Assembly (NCBI GenBank): GCA_963719495.1
Contig: CAVRCI010000014.1
Span: 32,001 to 96,000, forward strand
Reading direction: 5' to 3'
DNA length: 64,000 nucleotides
Source: an uncultured Verrucomicrobiae bacterium
GTDB taxonomy: Bacteria; Verrucomicrobiota; Verrucomicrobiia; Chthoniobacterales; JAATET01
Below the pieces are notes generated by a model. It saw nothing but the letters and a program-made list of their open reading frames with translations, was not told where the DNA came from and made no database searches. The number at the start of each line of letters is the position of its first letter. Position 1 is the stretch's first letter. Made by a program: the position numbers and the translations under genes. This document shows, piece by piece, positions 29,578 to 40,123 of the stretch.

Positions 29578-30965
29578 GGCTTGAATGGGAGTGGGGGTTT
29601 GTAGATGCGGAGGGCGGCGATCGGGGGTGCCTGCGCTGCCCTTAGCGTCAGCCGGTGCGCGGAGTTGGGAATTCCCTGGAAAAGGGTGACGGTGGATTCA
29701 GTCGGGCCGGATGGGGCCGGGCTCGCCGTGAAGTCCGTCTCGAACGTCGGGAGCACCTCCACTTCGATTTCCATCTCGCCGGGCAGCGGCAGGTCGAGAC
29801 CCTCGCGGCAGAACGCGAGGTTCCAGTCCTCCGGCTCGATCACGATGCGCCCGGAGGGGGCGATGAATTTTTCCCCCGCGATGCCCTCGCCGTCGGGACC
29901 AGTAACGGATCCTCTCACGGTGAAATTAAACTCCCGGCAATCCTCACTCGCTCCGGTCACGGTGAACGTCCACGTCTCCGGAATCACCGGGACCGATCCC
30001 CGTTGGACCCGCAGCAGGCAGGGCCAGGTCGAGCCGGGGTAGGGGGTCGCCCGCGTGAACCGGTAGGCGTCCGGGAAATCCGCCGGGCTTCGGCCATCGA
30101 TCAAGACGCCCACGTTCGTCGGATCGCCCGCCGGAGCGAGGATCGCATCGACCCGGTTGCCGCTGAACTCCAGCGTCATCTGTCCGTCCACCCAGTCCTC
30201 CGGGCCGACGGCGACGGTGGTGACGCGGTCGTCGGCGGAATCGGGTGGAGTCGGCGTCGCGGGCGGATGGAGGTAGCTCTCGACGATCTCGGCCATGAGA
30301 CGCTCGCCGCGCTCGTTGAGATGAACCTCGTCGTTGAGCAGATCGCCCGGCGCGAGGTCGTTTGCCCGGAGGTGGGCTTTCCAGAGGTCGCGTTGGCGGG
30401 CCAGCTGGACGCCGTATTTTTCCGCGATGTCCGGCAGGAAGACGGCATTGAACCACGGCGTCCATTGCCCCCGGGTCAGGTGGGCTGGATCGGTCTCTTC
30501 GTCCAACGAGGCGTCGGCGCGGAGGTGATCGGTCTGGATGAGGATGTCCGCCGTGGTCCGCTCACGAATGCGGCGGACGATTTGCTCGTAAGCCTCGGAA
30601 TCTCCGTAGACGTGGAAAATGAGCAGGTCGGGGTAGAAGGGGTAGAGGTCGGCCTCGGCGGTCTTCACCAGCAACGGCGAAGCGTGGCCGGGGATGGCGC
30701 GGTTCTCGATGACGAGATTCGCGTCGGGAAAGGTGCGGTGGAGGTGGTCCGCGACAGATTTCCACCACGCCTGCGCGGTGATGGATTGGCCGTAGAAGAG
30801 GATTTTCACGGTGTGCCGCTGCTTGGGCAAACTGTCGGCCATGAGCCCCAGGCTCCGCTGGAGGTTGGGAGCCGCGACGGGGGCGGGTTGAAGTTGGGGA
30901 TTTGAGGAGTCGAGCATGACCGCGAAAAACAGGAAAAGCAGGGGGAGGAGGGTGGCGGGGGTCAT
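29574..30965 (-). CDS. SGNH/GDSL-type esterase
   Basis: FYGQSIT, ENRAI.G, DEVHLN..G. Confidence 0.75.
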   Translation of the reverse strand: MTPATLLPLLFLFFAVMLDSSNPQLQPAPVAAPNLQRSLGLMADSLPKQRHTVKILFYGQSITAQAWWKSVADHLHRTFPDANLVIENRAIPGHASPLLVKTAEADLYPFYPDLLIFHVYGDSEAYEQIVRRIRERTTADILIQTDHLRADASLDEETDPAHLTRGQWTPWFNAVFLPDIAEKYGVQLARQRDLWKAHLRANDLAPGDLLNDEVHLNERGERLMAEIVESYLHPPATPTPPDSADDRVTTVAVGPEDWVDGQMTLEFSGNRVDAILAPAGDPTNVGVLIDGRSPADFPDAYRFTRATPYPGSTWPCLLRVQRGSVPVIPETWTFTVTGASEDCREFNFTVRGSVTGPDGEGIAGEKFIAPSGRIVIEPEDWNLAFCREGLDLPLPGEMEIEVEVLPTFETDFTASPAPSGPTESTVTLFQGIPNSAHRLTLRAAQAPPIAALRIYKPPLPFKP

Positions 30966-31897
30966 TTCGCGTCGGCGAGGAACGCGTCGATTTCGCTCCG
31001 CGTCGGGATCGAGGATTGGGCGCCGACCCTCGTGACGGAAAGGGCGGAGGCCGCCGAAGCGAAGCGCGCGGCTTCGCGAAGCGGTTGATCCTCGGCAAGG
31101 GCGACGGCCAGTGCGCCGCAGAAGGTGTCGCCCGCCGCCGTCGTGTCGACGGCTTTCACGTTGAAGGCTGCGACGGTCCAGGTGCCCGCGTCGTCCGCGA
31201 CGACGGCTCCGGCTTTCCCCAGGGTCACGACGACGAAGCGGTGCCCGCCGCGTGTCCGCAGGTCGGTCGCGATCCGGCGCGCGGTGGTCTCGTCCGCGCT
31301 CGGGAGAGGTTCGGCGGCGAGGGCGGCGGCTTCGATTTCGTTTACGACCAGTCCATGAACCGCGTCGTTGGGCTGGAGGCTGAGATCGTTCGCCGGGGCG
31401 TAGTTTAACAGCACGGGGCGGCGATGTTTGGCGGCCAGCTCGAGAGCGGAACGGTTCGAAGCGCCGGGGATCTCCTGCTGCAGAACGATCCAGTCACTCG
31501 CGGCGATCACATCCTCGGCGGCGCGGACGCGCTCGGGCGTCACCCGGTAGTTCGATCCCGGCGCGACGGTGAGGTAGTTCTCGCCTTCGCCATCGAACAT
31601 CACCAGCGCCGATCCGCCGGGGACGTCCGCTTCGAGCGTGACGTGGGCGGTGTCGATCCGGTCGGCGCGCAACGCGTCGAGGTAGCTGTGCGCGACGACG
31701 TCGCTGCCCAGCGCCGCGACGAAAGACACCGCTCCACCCGCGCGGGCGGCGGCGACGGCCTGGTTCGCGCCCTTTCCGCCGAACGTCTGGAAAAATTCGC
31801 AATCCGTGACCGTCTCACCCACGTCCGGCAGGTGGGGTGCGCGCATGATGAAGTCGACGTTGGCGCTGCCGATGACGGTGATCCTGGGGGAACTCAC
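30962..31897 (-). CDS. rbsK: Ribokinase-family (PfkB) sugar kinase
   Basis: [35 protein letters not shown]. Confidence 0.9.
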   Translation of the reverse strand: MSSPRITVIGSANVDFIMRAPHLPDVGETVTDCEFFQTFGGKGANQAVAAARAGGAVSFVAALGSDVVAHSYLDALRADRIDTAHVTLEADVPGGSALVMFDGEGENYLTVAPGSNYRVTPERVRAAEDVIAASDWIVLQQEIPGASNRSALELAAKHRRPVLLNYAPANDLSLQPNDAVHGLVVNEIEAAALAAEPLPSADETTARRIATDLRTRGGHRFVVVTLGKAGAVVADDAGTWTVAAFNVKAVDTTAAGDTFCGALAVALAEDQPLREAARFASAASALSVTRVGAQSSIPTRSEIDAFLADAK

Positions 31898-31905
31898 GGC
31901 GGGGT

Positions 31906-32583
31906 TCAGTAGCCGGTTCCCTGGACCTCGCCGCCCTCGCAGATTGCGCCGACCGAGGACCAATTCACGCCGAGTCGATGCACCCCCATCGCGACGAACA
32001 TCTCCGCCCGCTCGCGGTCCCGAATGCCGCCCGAAGGCTTCACCTTGATCCGGCCCGCCGCGGTATCGAGCATGATCCGGACGGCGTCTTCGGTGGCGCC
32101 TTCGCCGTTGAATCCCGTCGAGGTCTTGACGAAATCCGCGCCCGCCTCGACGCAGATTTCGACCATCCGGCCAATCGTGGCCGGGTCGAGCTGGGCGGTT
32201 TCGAAAATGACCTTGAGCGCGACACCGGCGGCTTTCGTGACTGCGGCGACACCGGCGATGTCCGCGCGGACGTCGTCCCAAAGCCCGGACTTCGCCCAGC
32301 CGTAGTTCGCGACCATGTCGATTTCTCCGACCCCCATCTCGACGTAGCGCCTGGCCTCGTCGGCCTTGGAAGCCGGGAGTCCGACGCCGTGGGGAAATCC
32401 CAGAACGACGCAGACGCGGGTGTCGGTGCCTTCGCAGGCCGCCAGAGCCTGCTCGATGTCGCAGGGTCTCACGCAGACGCTGTAGGTCCCGTGATCGACG
32501 CAGGTCCGCAGCGCTTCGGTGAGCTCACTCCGGGTGGTCTCGGGTTTCAAAATTGCGGGGTCGAGGTAGCGGGAGAGCGTCAT
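31906..32583 (-). CDS. deoC: Deoxyribose-phosphate aldolase
   Basis: [36 protein letters not shown]. Confidence 0.95.
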   Translation of the reverse strand: MTLSRYLDPAILKPETTRSELTEALRTCVDHGTYSVCVRPCDIEQALAACEGTDTRVCVVLGFPHGVGLPASKADEARRYVEMGVGEIDMVANYGWAKSGLWDDVRADIAGVAAVTKAAGVALKVIFETAQLDPATIGRMVEICVEAGADFVKTSTGFNGEGATEDAVRIMLDTAAGRIKVKPSGGIRDRERAEMFVAMGVHRLGVNWSSVGAICEGGEVQGTGY

Positions 32584-32635
32584 ACCTTCTCGTTTTACGG
32601 GAAGGGTTCAGGTCGGTGGAGTCAATTCAACCCTT

Positions 32636-32651
32636 ATGCAACCAAAAGCAC
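32636..32651 (+). promoter_or_regulatory. Candidate operator ATGCAACCAAAAGCAC
   Basis: Recurring motif between divergent deoC and the Verru_Chthon cassette. Confidence 0.55.
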
Positions 32652-32709
32652 GATGCACGATTTGAGGGGCGTCTGCCCGCGGATAGGTTGTTGCCACCCC
32701 TTAGCAGTC

Positions 32710-33207
32710 ATGAATCGTCCCCCTCTCCGCCCCGCCACCAGCGGCTTCAGCCTCATCGAAGTCACCTTGGCCATCGGCATCATCGCCTTCGCACTCACCG
32801 CCGTCGTGGGCCTGCTTCCCGTTGGTTTGACCTCGTTTCGCCAAGCCATCGACGTCTCGACCGAGAACCGGATCGTTCAGCGGTTTGCGGCCGAGGCGCG
32901 ACAGACGGAGTTCGCCACCCTGGTCGGCACGGGAAGCACCGAGTATCCGATCCGCCATTTCGACGATCAGGGAACGGAAGTCTCCAGCGGTGCCGATGGC
33001 ATCTACAGTGCCAAAATGGTCGCCACCGCGCCCGCCAATCTGCCCGGCGGCACCACGACAGACCTCGCCCGCCTCGTCATCGACATCGTTCGCAATCCCG
33101 GGAACAAGACTCTCGGCCGGGACCCGGCTACGGGCGGCATCAAAGACGAGCCCGCCGAGGGACTTTCCGTCTCGCGTCATTCGACACTGATTACCCGGCG
33201 CCAGTGA
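32710..33207 (+). CDS. vccB: Verru_Chthon cassette protein B (prepilin-like)
   Basis: GFSLIEVTLAIGIIAFA...GLLPVGL..FRQAID; FDDQG. Confidence 0.88.
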   Translation: MNRPPLRPATSGFSLIEVTLAIGIIAFALTAVVGLLPVGLTSFRQAIDVSTENRIVQRFAAEARQTEFATLVGTGSTEYPIRHFDDQGTEVSSGADGIYSAKMVATAPANLPGGTTTDLARLVIDIVRNPGNKTLGRDPATGGIKDEPAEGLSVSRHSTLITRRQ

Positions 33208-34238
33208 TGAGGGGCCTGTCCGCGCGGGTCGGTCACGGGTTCACCTTGATCGAGGTGCTCGTCGCCACGACCGTTCTGGTCGTCATCATGGGAATTCTGC
33301 TCGGGATCACGAGTCAGGTGAGCGACACGTGGCGGCGGACGACCGGCGAGATCGAGCAATTCCGCGAGGCGCGGGATGGATTCGAATCAATGACCCGCCG
33401 TCTGCGGCAGGCCACGCTGAATACCTTCTGGGACTACAACGACGTGTCGGCTCCGACCGACTACGTGCGCCAGTCCGAGCTGCGATTCATCTCGGGTCCA
33501 GCCTCGACTCTGGTCAGCGGCGGGGGCGATCTCGTGACTCAAGCGATTTTCTTCCAGGCTCCGCTCGGAATGGTCGTCGACGCTCCCGACGCCGAGGGAC
33601 TCGAGGAATTGCTCAACACCTGGGGCTACTTCGTCGAGTTCGGCGACGATCTCGCCAGTCGTCCGAGCATCATCACGACCGCCATCAGTCCGCCGCAATA
33701 TCGCTACCGGCTCTACGAACTCATGGAGCCGGCGAACGAACTTTCGATCTACACCCACACCTCCGGCGTGACGGGATCCGTGCCCAACAATCTCACCTAC
33801 AACGGTCGACAATGGTTCAACGACTCAATGGCCCAACCCTCGGCCACGCGGCCCGCCCGGCCCCTGGCGAACAACATCATCGCCCTCGTGATCCTGCCCA
33901 AGCTGTCGGCGCAGGAGGATCCGACCGAGAGCCGACTCGCGCCAAACTACCTTTACGACTCCACGGTCGAAATCTCCGATCCTGAGGTCAATCCGAAGAA
34001 CCAACTTCCGCCCGTGTTGCAGGTCACCATGGTCGCCATCGACGAAGTCTCCGCCAAGCGCCTGGCTTCCGGCAGCACCCCGCCGGACCTCGGACTCGGC
34101 TCGCTTTTCCAATCGGCGTCCGCTTACGAGAGCGATCTGGCGACCCTCGAAGCCACCCTCAATCAGAACAAGGTCAGTTACCGGGTCTTCACCAGCGCCA
34201 TCGCCATCCAAGGTGCCAAGTGGAGCACGGAACAGTAG
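33207..34238 (+). CDS. vccC: Verru_Chthon cassette protein C (prepilin-like)
   Basis: GFTLIEVLVA, FREAR..FE...R.L.QATLN, YVRQSELRF, FFQAPLG, LLNTWGYFVEFG, NQLPP, AKWS. Confidence 0.92.
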   Translation: MRGLSARVGHGFTLIEVLVATTVLVVIMGILLGITSQVSDTWRRTTGEIEQFREARDGFESMTRRLRQATLNTFWDYNDVSAPTDYVRQSELRFISGPASTLVSGGGDLVTQAIFFQAPLGMVVDAPDAEGLEELLNTWGYFVEFGDDLASRPSIITTAISPPQYRYRLYELMEPANELSIYTHTSGVTGSVPNNLTYNGRQWFNDSMAQPSATRPARPLANNIIALVILPKLSAQEDPTESRLAPNYLYDSTVEISDPEVNPKNQLPPVLQVTMVAIDEVSAKRLASGSTPPDLGLGSLFQSASAYESDLATLEATLNQNKVSYRVFTSAIAIQGAKWSTEQ

Positions 34239-34262
34239 CCGCTTTTTTAAAAACCCTCCGCA

Positions 34263-37200
34263 ATGAACCCGCCATCTCCCCGCACCCCACCGCCCACCTC
34301 CGTCCGTCGCCGTCCGCTCCATCGAGCGGGTTCCCGCGGCGTCGCGCTCGTCATCGTGCTCGCCTGCCTGGTGCTGATGGTCGCACTCGTGATCGGATTC
34401 TTTTCCAGCGTGACGACCGAGTTGGTGGCGTCGAAGAGCCAGGCGGACAGCAGCTCCGCGCAGCGGGATGGCGAGGTGGCCGTGGAGATTGCGATGGCGC
34501 AGATCCGGGCGGGGACTTTTGGGCACACGGACCCGGCGGATCCCGCCAGCGCCCGCGTGGCCTGGGCGTCGCAGCCGGGGATGATCCGCACCTGGGACGC
34601 GGCGGGTGCCCCGGGGAATTTTTACAAATTGTATTCCGATCTCGAAATGATCCGCCCCGGCACCGGCTTCACCGCAGCGGCCGCCGCGCCTCCGGCGGAT
34701 TGGGACGGGAGTCCCGGCGTTTTCACCGATCTCAACAGCCCGGTCGTCCGAGGGACCAAGGTGGATTTCCCCATCCTCGATCCCCGGGCCAGGACATCCA
34801 GTCCCGCGACGAGTATCGAGGGATTCGACTATTCGGCGGGAGTCAATGGCGTCGCGTTGCCGGGCGGGAATCCCGCCGATCAGCGTCTGCCGATGCCGGT
34901 GCGGTGGCTGTATCTGCTGGAAGACGGGACCGTCTCCGCGCCGACCGGCCAAGCGGGCGCGGACGTGTCGATGACCCCAGCTCCGACCGCCGCCAATCCC
35001 ATCGTCGGCCGGGTGGCATTCTGGACGGATGACGATACCAGCAAGGTGAACGTCAACACGGCTTCGGAGGGTGTCTACTACGACATCCCGCGCTTCTACT
35101 CGCGTGATGAGAACAACCTGGCGATGTCTCCGCCCGTCATCGGCGAGTATCAGCGCTATCCCGGCCACCCGGCGACGACCTCGCTTTCCACGGTTTTCGG
35201 TCCTTGGTTACCCAGCGTCCAGACCACACTCAAGGTTGCAAATTATGCCGACACGAAAAAATACTTCGATCTGGCACCCCGGGTCGCCAGTAACGGCGGC
35301 ACAATGGGTGGAACGGTGACGAGCTCTGTTGGGTTGCCAGAAGATCCCGAACGAGGTCGCTCGTCTCTATGCCTCCCTCGATGAGATGCTCTACAAGCCG
35401 GATCGCACCCGGAACCTGACGGAGATCGACAAAGACGTCCTCGAAAAGACCAAGTTCTTCCTCACGGAATCCAGCCGCGCGCCGGACCTCAATCTTTTCG
35501 GAACTCCGCGTGTCACGATCTGGCCCTTGCCAGCGCAGACCGGGGACTTCCGCACCTCCCAGGATAAATTAATCGCTTTCTGCTCCACCGTCGGCGGCAA
35601 TCTGTTCGGTTTTCAGCGAAATAATCCGAAGAGCCAGACGGACGACTTCGAGCTACTCGACAGAAACAAGCAGATCTTCTCGTATTTGCAGGATCTGACC
35701 GCGCTCGACGTTCCCGGGTTTGGAAGCAGTCTGCTCGGCGCGTTCGGCACGCCTGCCGAGCGTAATCAAATCCTCGTGGAAATCTTCGATTACATCCGCG
35801 TGAGCAATTTGAACGACCCGAATTTCTCTGACGATAAAATGCGGGTTACACGAACTCCTTCCGGCAATGATACGAGGATACTTCGCGGCTTACGACCAAA
35901 ACAAGTCGCCGGGGCAGGTCCTGCCGATCGAAATCGACACGGGTGGCCAGACCTACCGGGGCGCCGGTCGGTTTCCGCTCATCGATCAAGTAGCTATGGT
36001 CTTCTACATAAAGGATCAGCCGACGGTGACCGGTGGCACGATCACGGCGAGATTCGGTGTCCTATGTGCTCATGAATCTGCATCACCCCATGCTGGGTTC
36101 GATGAACTCCATCGATAACTTCAAGGTTCGGGGGAGCGTCTCGGCCGGGGATTTGCGATGACGTTCAAGTCCATCGATTCCACCGTGACGGTGTCGCCAA
36201 CGGCCCCTCAGAGTCTCCAAATGCTGGGAGGGAGCGGGAGTTCGCGGATATTGTGGGCTAATGCTCCGGCGCGTTACGCGGAAAAGGGTGCCAGCTGGGG
36301 TGGAAATCACACCGCCTATCCTTTTTTTGCCAAGCACGGCGTAGGGAAGGGTGGCAAAAAAGAATATACCTTCCGCTCCGACGCCAACGTGACGATCTCC
36401 GTCACCAGCACCACGGCACCGTCGGGTTCGCCCCATCAATTTTTGCGGGACAAGGTCCGGTGGGATTTCTCGGGAGGGACGTTCGATATCCAGATCCTGA
36501 GCGCTGACAGTCCCGACAATCCCGGGGATGGCTTTGATGAGATTCAGAGACTACACCTTCGAGTTTCCAGCGGTCGTGGGAACGGCGAACACCGGCCTGA
36601 ATTGCCCGACCGGCTATAGTTTCAACGGAAGCCCAATTCTACACCTTCGACACCAACACGCGCTTTTTTGATAAGCCACTTGCTGAACGGATACCGTTCC
36701 TTGGATACGACATCGTCCGAGCCTTGCAGGTCGATCATCTTCGCGTCGGCGCGAAGGCGGACAATCGGTTGATCGCTTACACCGGGGAGATTCCGAAGGA
36801 GTGGTTTTCTCCCCACAAGAACTACGCGGACTTGAACGTCGATTACGCTCACACGATGCGCAAATCCATCGGCGACAATGGTGGAGCGCTTCGGCCACAG
36901 GACTCGCCGGGACCCTGGTCGCCGGCCAGGGATCTTCTGCCCAGACCAAATTGCCCTTCATTCGTTCCGAGATCAACGGCGTGAAACACGTGAACAATGG
37001 CCAGGGCGATTGGGACAACGGGTTCGGAGCTGTCCCGGATGGTCCTTATCTGAACCGCGCTGACGAAGGAATTGCTCCCAGCGGCAATGAACTCGCTTAC
37101 TTCGAATACGACGGTCGTCCTCAGGACAAAAATCTCACTTCTCCGAATCGACAGCTGCCCTCTGCGGCGATGTTCAGTTCACTGCCCACCGGCGTGCAGC

Positions 37201-37995
37201 GGGGACTTCCGTGGCAAACGCTGCTTTTCCGACCTGACTCGGGGAATCATCCCGGCTTGGGCACACCGGCCAATGGGCCTCCGTTCACCAAAGTCCCGGA
37301 CTACCTGCTGCTCGATCTCTTTCAGATGCCGATCGTCGAGCCTTATGCGATCAGCGAGCCGCTCTCGACTGCAGGCCGGGTGAACATGAATTTCGCGATG
37401 GTCCCGTTCGACTACATCACCCGGGAGACGGCAGTTCGCGCGGTCATGAAGAATGAATACGTTACCGCGATTCCAAATGGCTATACGTTGTACAAGTCGT
37501 TGGTGTCGGGCAATAATACCGGGACGTTACCGTCACCCCGTCAATCTCGACGAAACTTTGGAAGGCTTTTACGAGCGATTCAATCAAAACGAGATCTTCC
37601 GCAGTCCCACCGAGATTTGCTCCATTGCCGTCGTGCCGACGAAGGGGAGTGCGAGTTATGACAATATGAATGCGTTCTGGAATACTCACCAGCTCACTGG
37701 CGACAATGTCCGCGAGCGCCCCTACACCACCATCTACCCGCGCCTGACCACACAGTCCAATACCTACACCGTTCACGTCCGGGCCCAGGCGCTCAAGAAG
37801 GTCCCGGGGACGAGTGCGAACCAATGGGAAGAGGGGCGCGACCAGGTGCTTTCGGAATACCGGGGGCACAGCACCATCGAGCGCTACGTCGACCCGAGCG
37901 ATCCGGCGCTTCCCGACTTCGCCACCGAGCCCAGCGAAACGCTCGGCCCCTACTATCGGTTCCGCACCCTCACCACGAAGAAGTTTTCCCCATGA
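34263..37995 (+). pseudogene. vccA: Verru_Chthon cassette protein A, split by multiple frameshifts
   Basis: GVALVIVL, WASQPG.IR, RLPMPVRWLY.L.DG, GRVAFWTDD.TSKVNVNTASEG, RLYAS.DE, GDWDNG, PWQTLLFRP, VEPYAISEP.STAG, TGDNVRERPY. These occur in order across at least 7 reading-frame segments. Confidence 0.85.
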
Positions 37996-38618
37996 GGCGC
38001 GCGGCATTTTCCCTCGTCGAGCTGCTGGTCGTGATCGCGGTGATCGCCTTGATCGCCACGTTCGCCGCTCCCGCGCTCAATACCGTGCTCCAAGGCACGC
38101 AACTCTCCCGCGCATCGCAGTTGCTGCAGAACGAACTGGCGCTGGCGCGGCAGAAGGCGCTCGCGAGCAATCAAGACGTCGAAGTGCGATTCTATCGATT
38201 CGGCGACGCGGGTGTGCCCGGCGAGAACGCGTCCGATCCGTCATCGGGAAAGTATCGCGCCTTCCAGGCGTTTTCCTACGACGACGACGGAATGGCGCGC
38301 CCGATCGGGAAAGTGCAGCGCCTTCCCGAGTCCATCGTGTTCGACCGCGGAGCTCTTTCGAGCCTGTTGGAGTCTTCGCGTTCGAAATCGTGGGGCAGCG
38401 AAGTCAAGCCGCCTCTGGCCGACGTCGGAACCTCCTACGAGACGAGGGCGTTTCAGTTCCGACCCGACGGGTCCACCGATCTCGCGCCCGTCGGGCCCCA
38501 TTGGTTCATCACGCTCCACGCTGAGAAAGATGGGGACAACCTGGCGGCGCTGCCCAAAAATTTCGCCACGATCCGCGTCGACGCGGTGAACGGGCAAAAC
38601 CGCCTCTACCGACCCTGA
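37992..38618 (+). CDS. vccD: Verru_Chthon cassette protein D (prepilin-like)
   Basis: AFSLVELLVVIAVI, LARQ.A......VEVRFY, FQFRPDGSTDL, NFATI.VD...G....YRP. Confidence 0.9.
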   Translation: MRRAAFSLVELLVVIAVIALIATFAAPALNTVLQGTQLSRASQLLQNELALARQKALASNQDVEVRFYRFGDAGVPGENASDPSSGKYRAFQAFSYDDDGMARPIGKVQRLPESIVFDRGALSSLLESSRSKSWGSEVKPPLADVGTSYETRAFQFRPDGSTDLAPVGPHWFITLHAEKDGDNLAALPKNFATIRVDAVNGQNRLYRP

Positions 38619-38671
38619 GTGGGGGCGTCGCAAGCGGAACTCGATGATACGCGGCGATCATCCCGCCGGAT

Positions 38672-38687
38672 GCGCATCGAATAGCAT
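38672..38687 (+). promoter_or_regulatory. Candidate operator GCGCATCGAATAGCAT
   Basis: Recurring motif upstream of a PEP-CTERM gene. Confidence 0.5.
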
Positions 38688-38793
38688 TTCGCCGAGATTG
38701 CGAACCGCGTTGCGACCGGGAAATTTCTACATGCAAGCCTTCCGAATTCGGAGTGGGCTTGCAAAACAACAAAATAAAAATACCCCACCCCTT

Positions 38794-39699
38794 ATGAAAC
38801 CCTCCCGTTACCTCCCTCTCCTCGCGTCCGCGATCGCCGTTGCGATCCCGGTCGCTTCCTCGCAAGCCCAAGTGATCGTGAACTCCGCGGGCAGCCCGCA
38901 AGTGATCACGTTTGATTCAAACTTTGCCGGGGTTGTCAGCACCGGCACGAAGCTTGGAACCGAAAGCTTGGCGGAGCCTAATTCCTACCCCGTCACTCCG
39001 GCAAACCCTGCGGACCGACAAAACGTCCTCATCACGACAGGAGCTTCGATTAGGGCGCAGTTTTCAAATAGCGGAAACCCATTTGCGTTTGGGGCCGATG
39101 CGAATAACAACACGACGACGAATAATGTAGTCTTTTACAAGAACGTGGTAGGGATTTATCGCCCTACTGATACTGGGACAACTCCGTCATCTGGTTGGGC
39201 AGCGAGTGCAGTTGGTGATCTGACGCAACTCACGTCGAATGCCTTCGCGTTGAACCAAGCCGGCACATTCCAGAATGGTGGTTTGTATCTCAGGATCCAG
39301 AATAACACCGGCGCGGCCGTCAGCCAGTGGAGCTTCGGGTCGGATGTTTTTTACGCTGATGATAATACGAATTATTCGACTTTCACGTGGGGGTTCTCCG
39401 CCACGAACTCAACTAACGTTGCGGCGATGACCTTCACGAGTCTTGGAGCGACTCCAGCGATTTCGAATACCGACACGTTGGCAGATGCTAAGTCTTTGAG
39501 CGCAATGAACGTCGTCACCCCTTCCGTCGCTAACGGCGATTACATCGTCTTGCGTTTCCTATCGAGTGGTGGCAATGACGGGTCCACGATCTTTCTCGAC
39601 AACATCAGCATCGCCGCCGTGCCGGAGCCCGGCACATGGGCCCTGTTGGGACTTGGTATTCTGGCCATCGTGATCAAGCGGCGCCGTCGTCTCGCCTGA
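38794..39699 (+). CDS. PEP-CTERM sorting-domain protein
   Basis: Signal peptide; LDNISIAAVPEPGTWALLGLG...KRRRR; N/T/S-rich, lower-GC core. Confidence 0.92.
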   Translation: MKPSRYLPLLASAIAVAIPVASSQAQVIVNSAGSPQVITFDSNFAGVVSTGTKLGTESLAEPNSYPVTPANPADRQNVLITTGASIRAQFSNSGNPFAFGADANNNTTTNNVVFYKNVVGIYRPTDTGTTPSSGWAASAVGDLTQLTSNAFALNQAGTFQNGGLYLRIQNNTGAAVSQWSFGSDVFYADDNTNYSTFTWGFSATNSTNVAAMTFTSLGATPAISNTDTLADAKSLSAMNVVTPSVANGDYIVLRFLSSGGNDGSTIFLDNISIAAVPEPGTWALLGLGILAIVIKRRRRLA

Positions 39700-39726
39700 T
39701 TGACTTAGGCATCGATCTCTCATCGC

Positions 39727-39765
39727 AAACCGCCCGTCTCGTCCCGAGACGGGCGGTTTCTTTTT
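39727..39765 (+). terminator. Rho-independent terminator
   Basis: 15-bp perfect stem AAACCGCCCGTCTCG / CGAGACGGGCGGTTT followed by CTTTTT. Confidence 0.85.
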
Positions 39766-39855
39766 GAGGGCCTGACACTTCCGGCACCGCGACGGTTAGC
39801 GTTAGCTTCGGGACGCGAGGCGATCCTTCGGCGGCCCCGGATCGGACTTAGCATT

Positions 39856-39871
39856 GTGCATCCAATCGCAC
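39856..39871 (+). promoter_or_regulatory. Candidate operator GTGCATCCAATCGCAC
   Basis: Recurring motif in the intergenic region before the GH74-like gene. Confidence 0.55.
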
Positions 39872-40123
39872 GGAGCGGGCATTGCCATGGGCGGAGGAAA
39901 TTCTATTTCTGAACTCTCCCTCATGCACGACTTCACCCAGTCCAGCCCGGTCCTTCCGACGAAGGCGCTAATGCTTTCATCTCGACCCTCGAGCCGTCAC
40001 GCAAACGGTGGCGTCCGCATCGTTCCACCAACGATCCTGATGGGCGGGAAACGTCCGCCGGGTGAGTCCATCCCGCTGATTTCAATTTACCCGCGTCACC
40101 CAACCAAGCCCCCATCCCCCTAA

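Noticed and set aside
34263..37995. Diversity-generating retroelement or programmed frameshifting of vccA
   Set aside because: No reverse transcriptase or template/variable repeat pair seen. The shifts are too many and lack a shared slippery motif.
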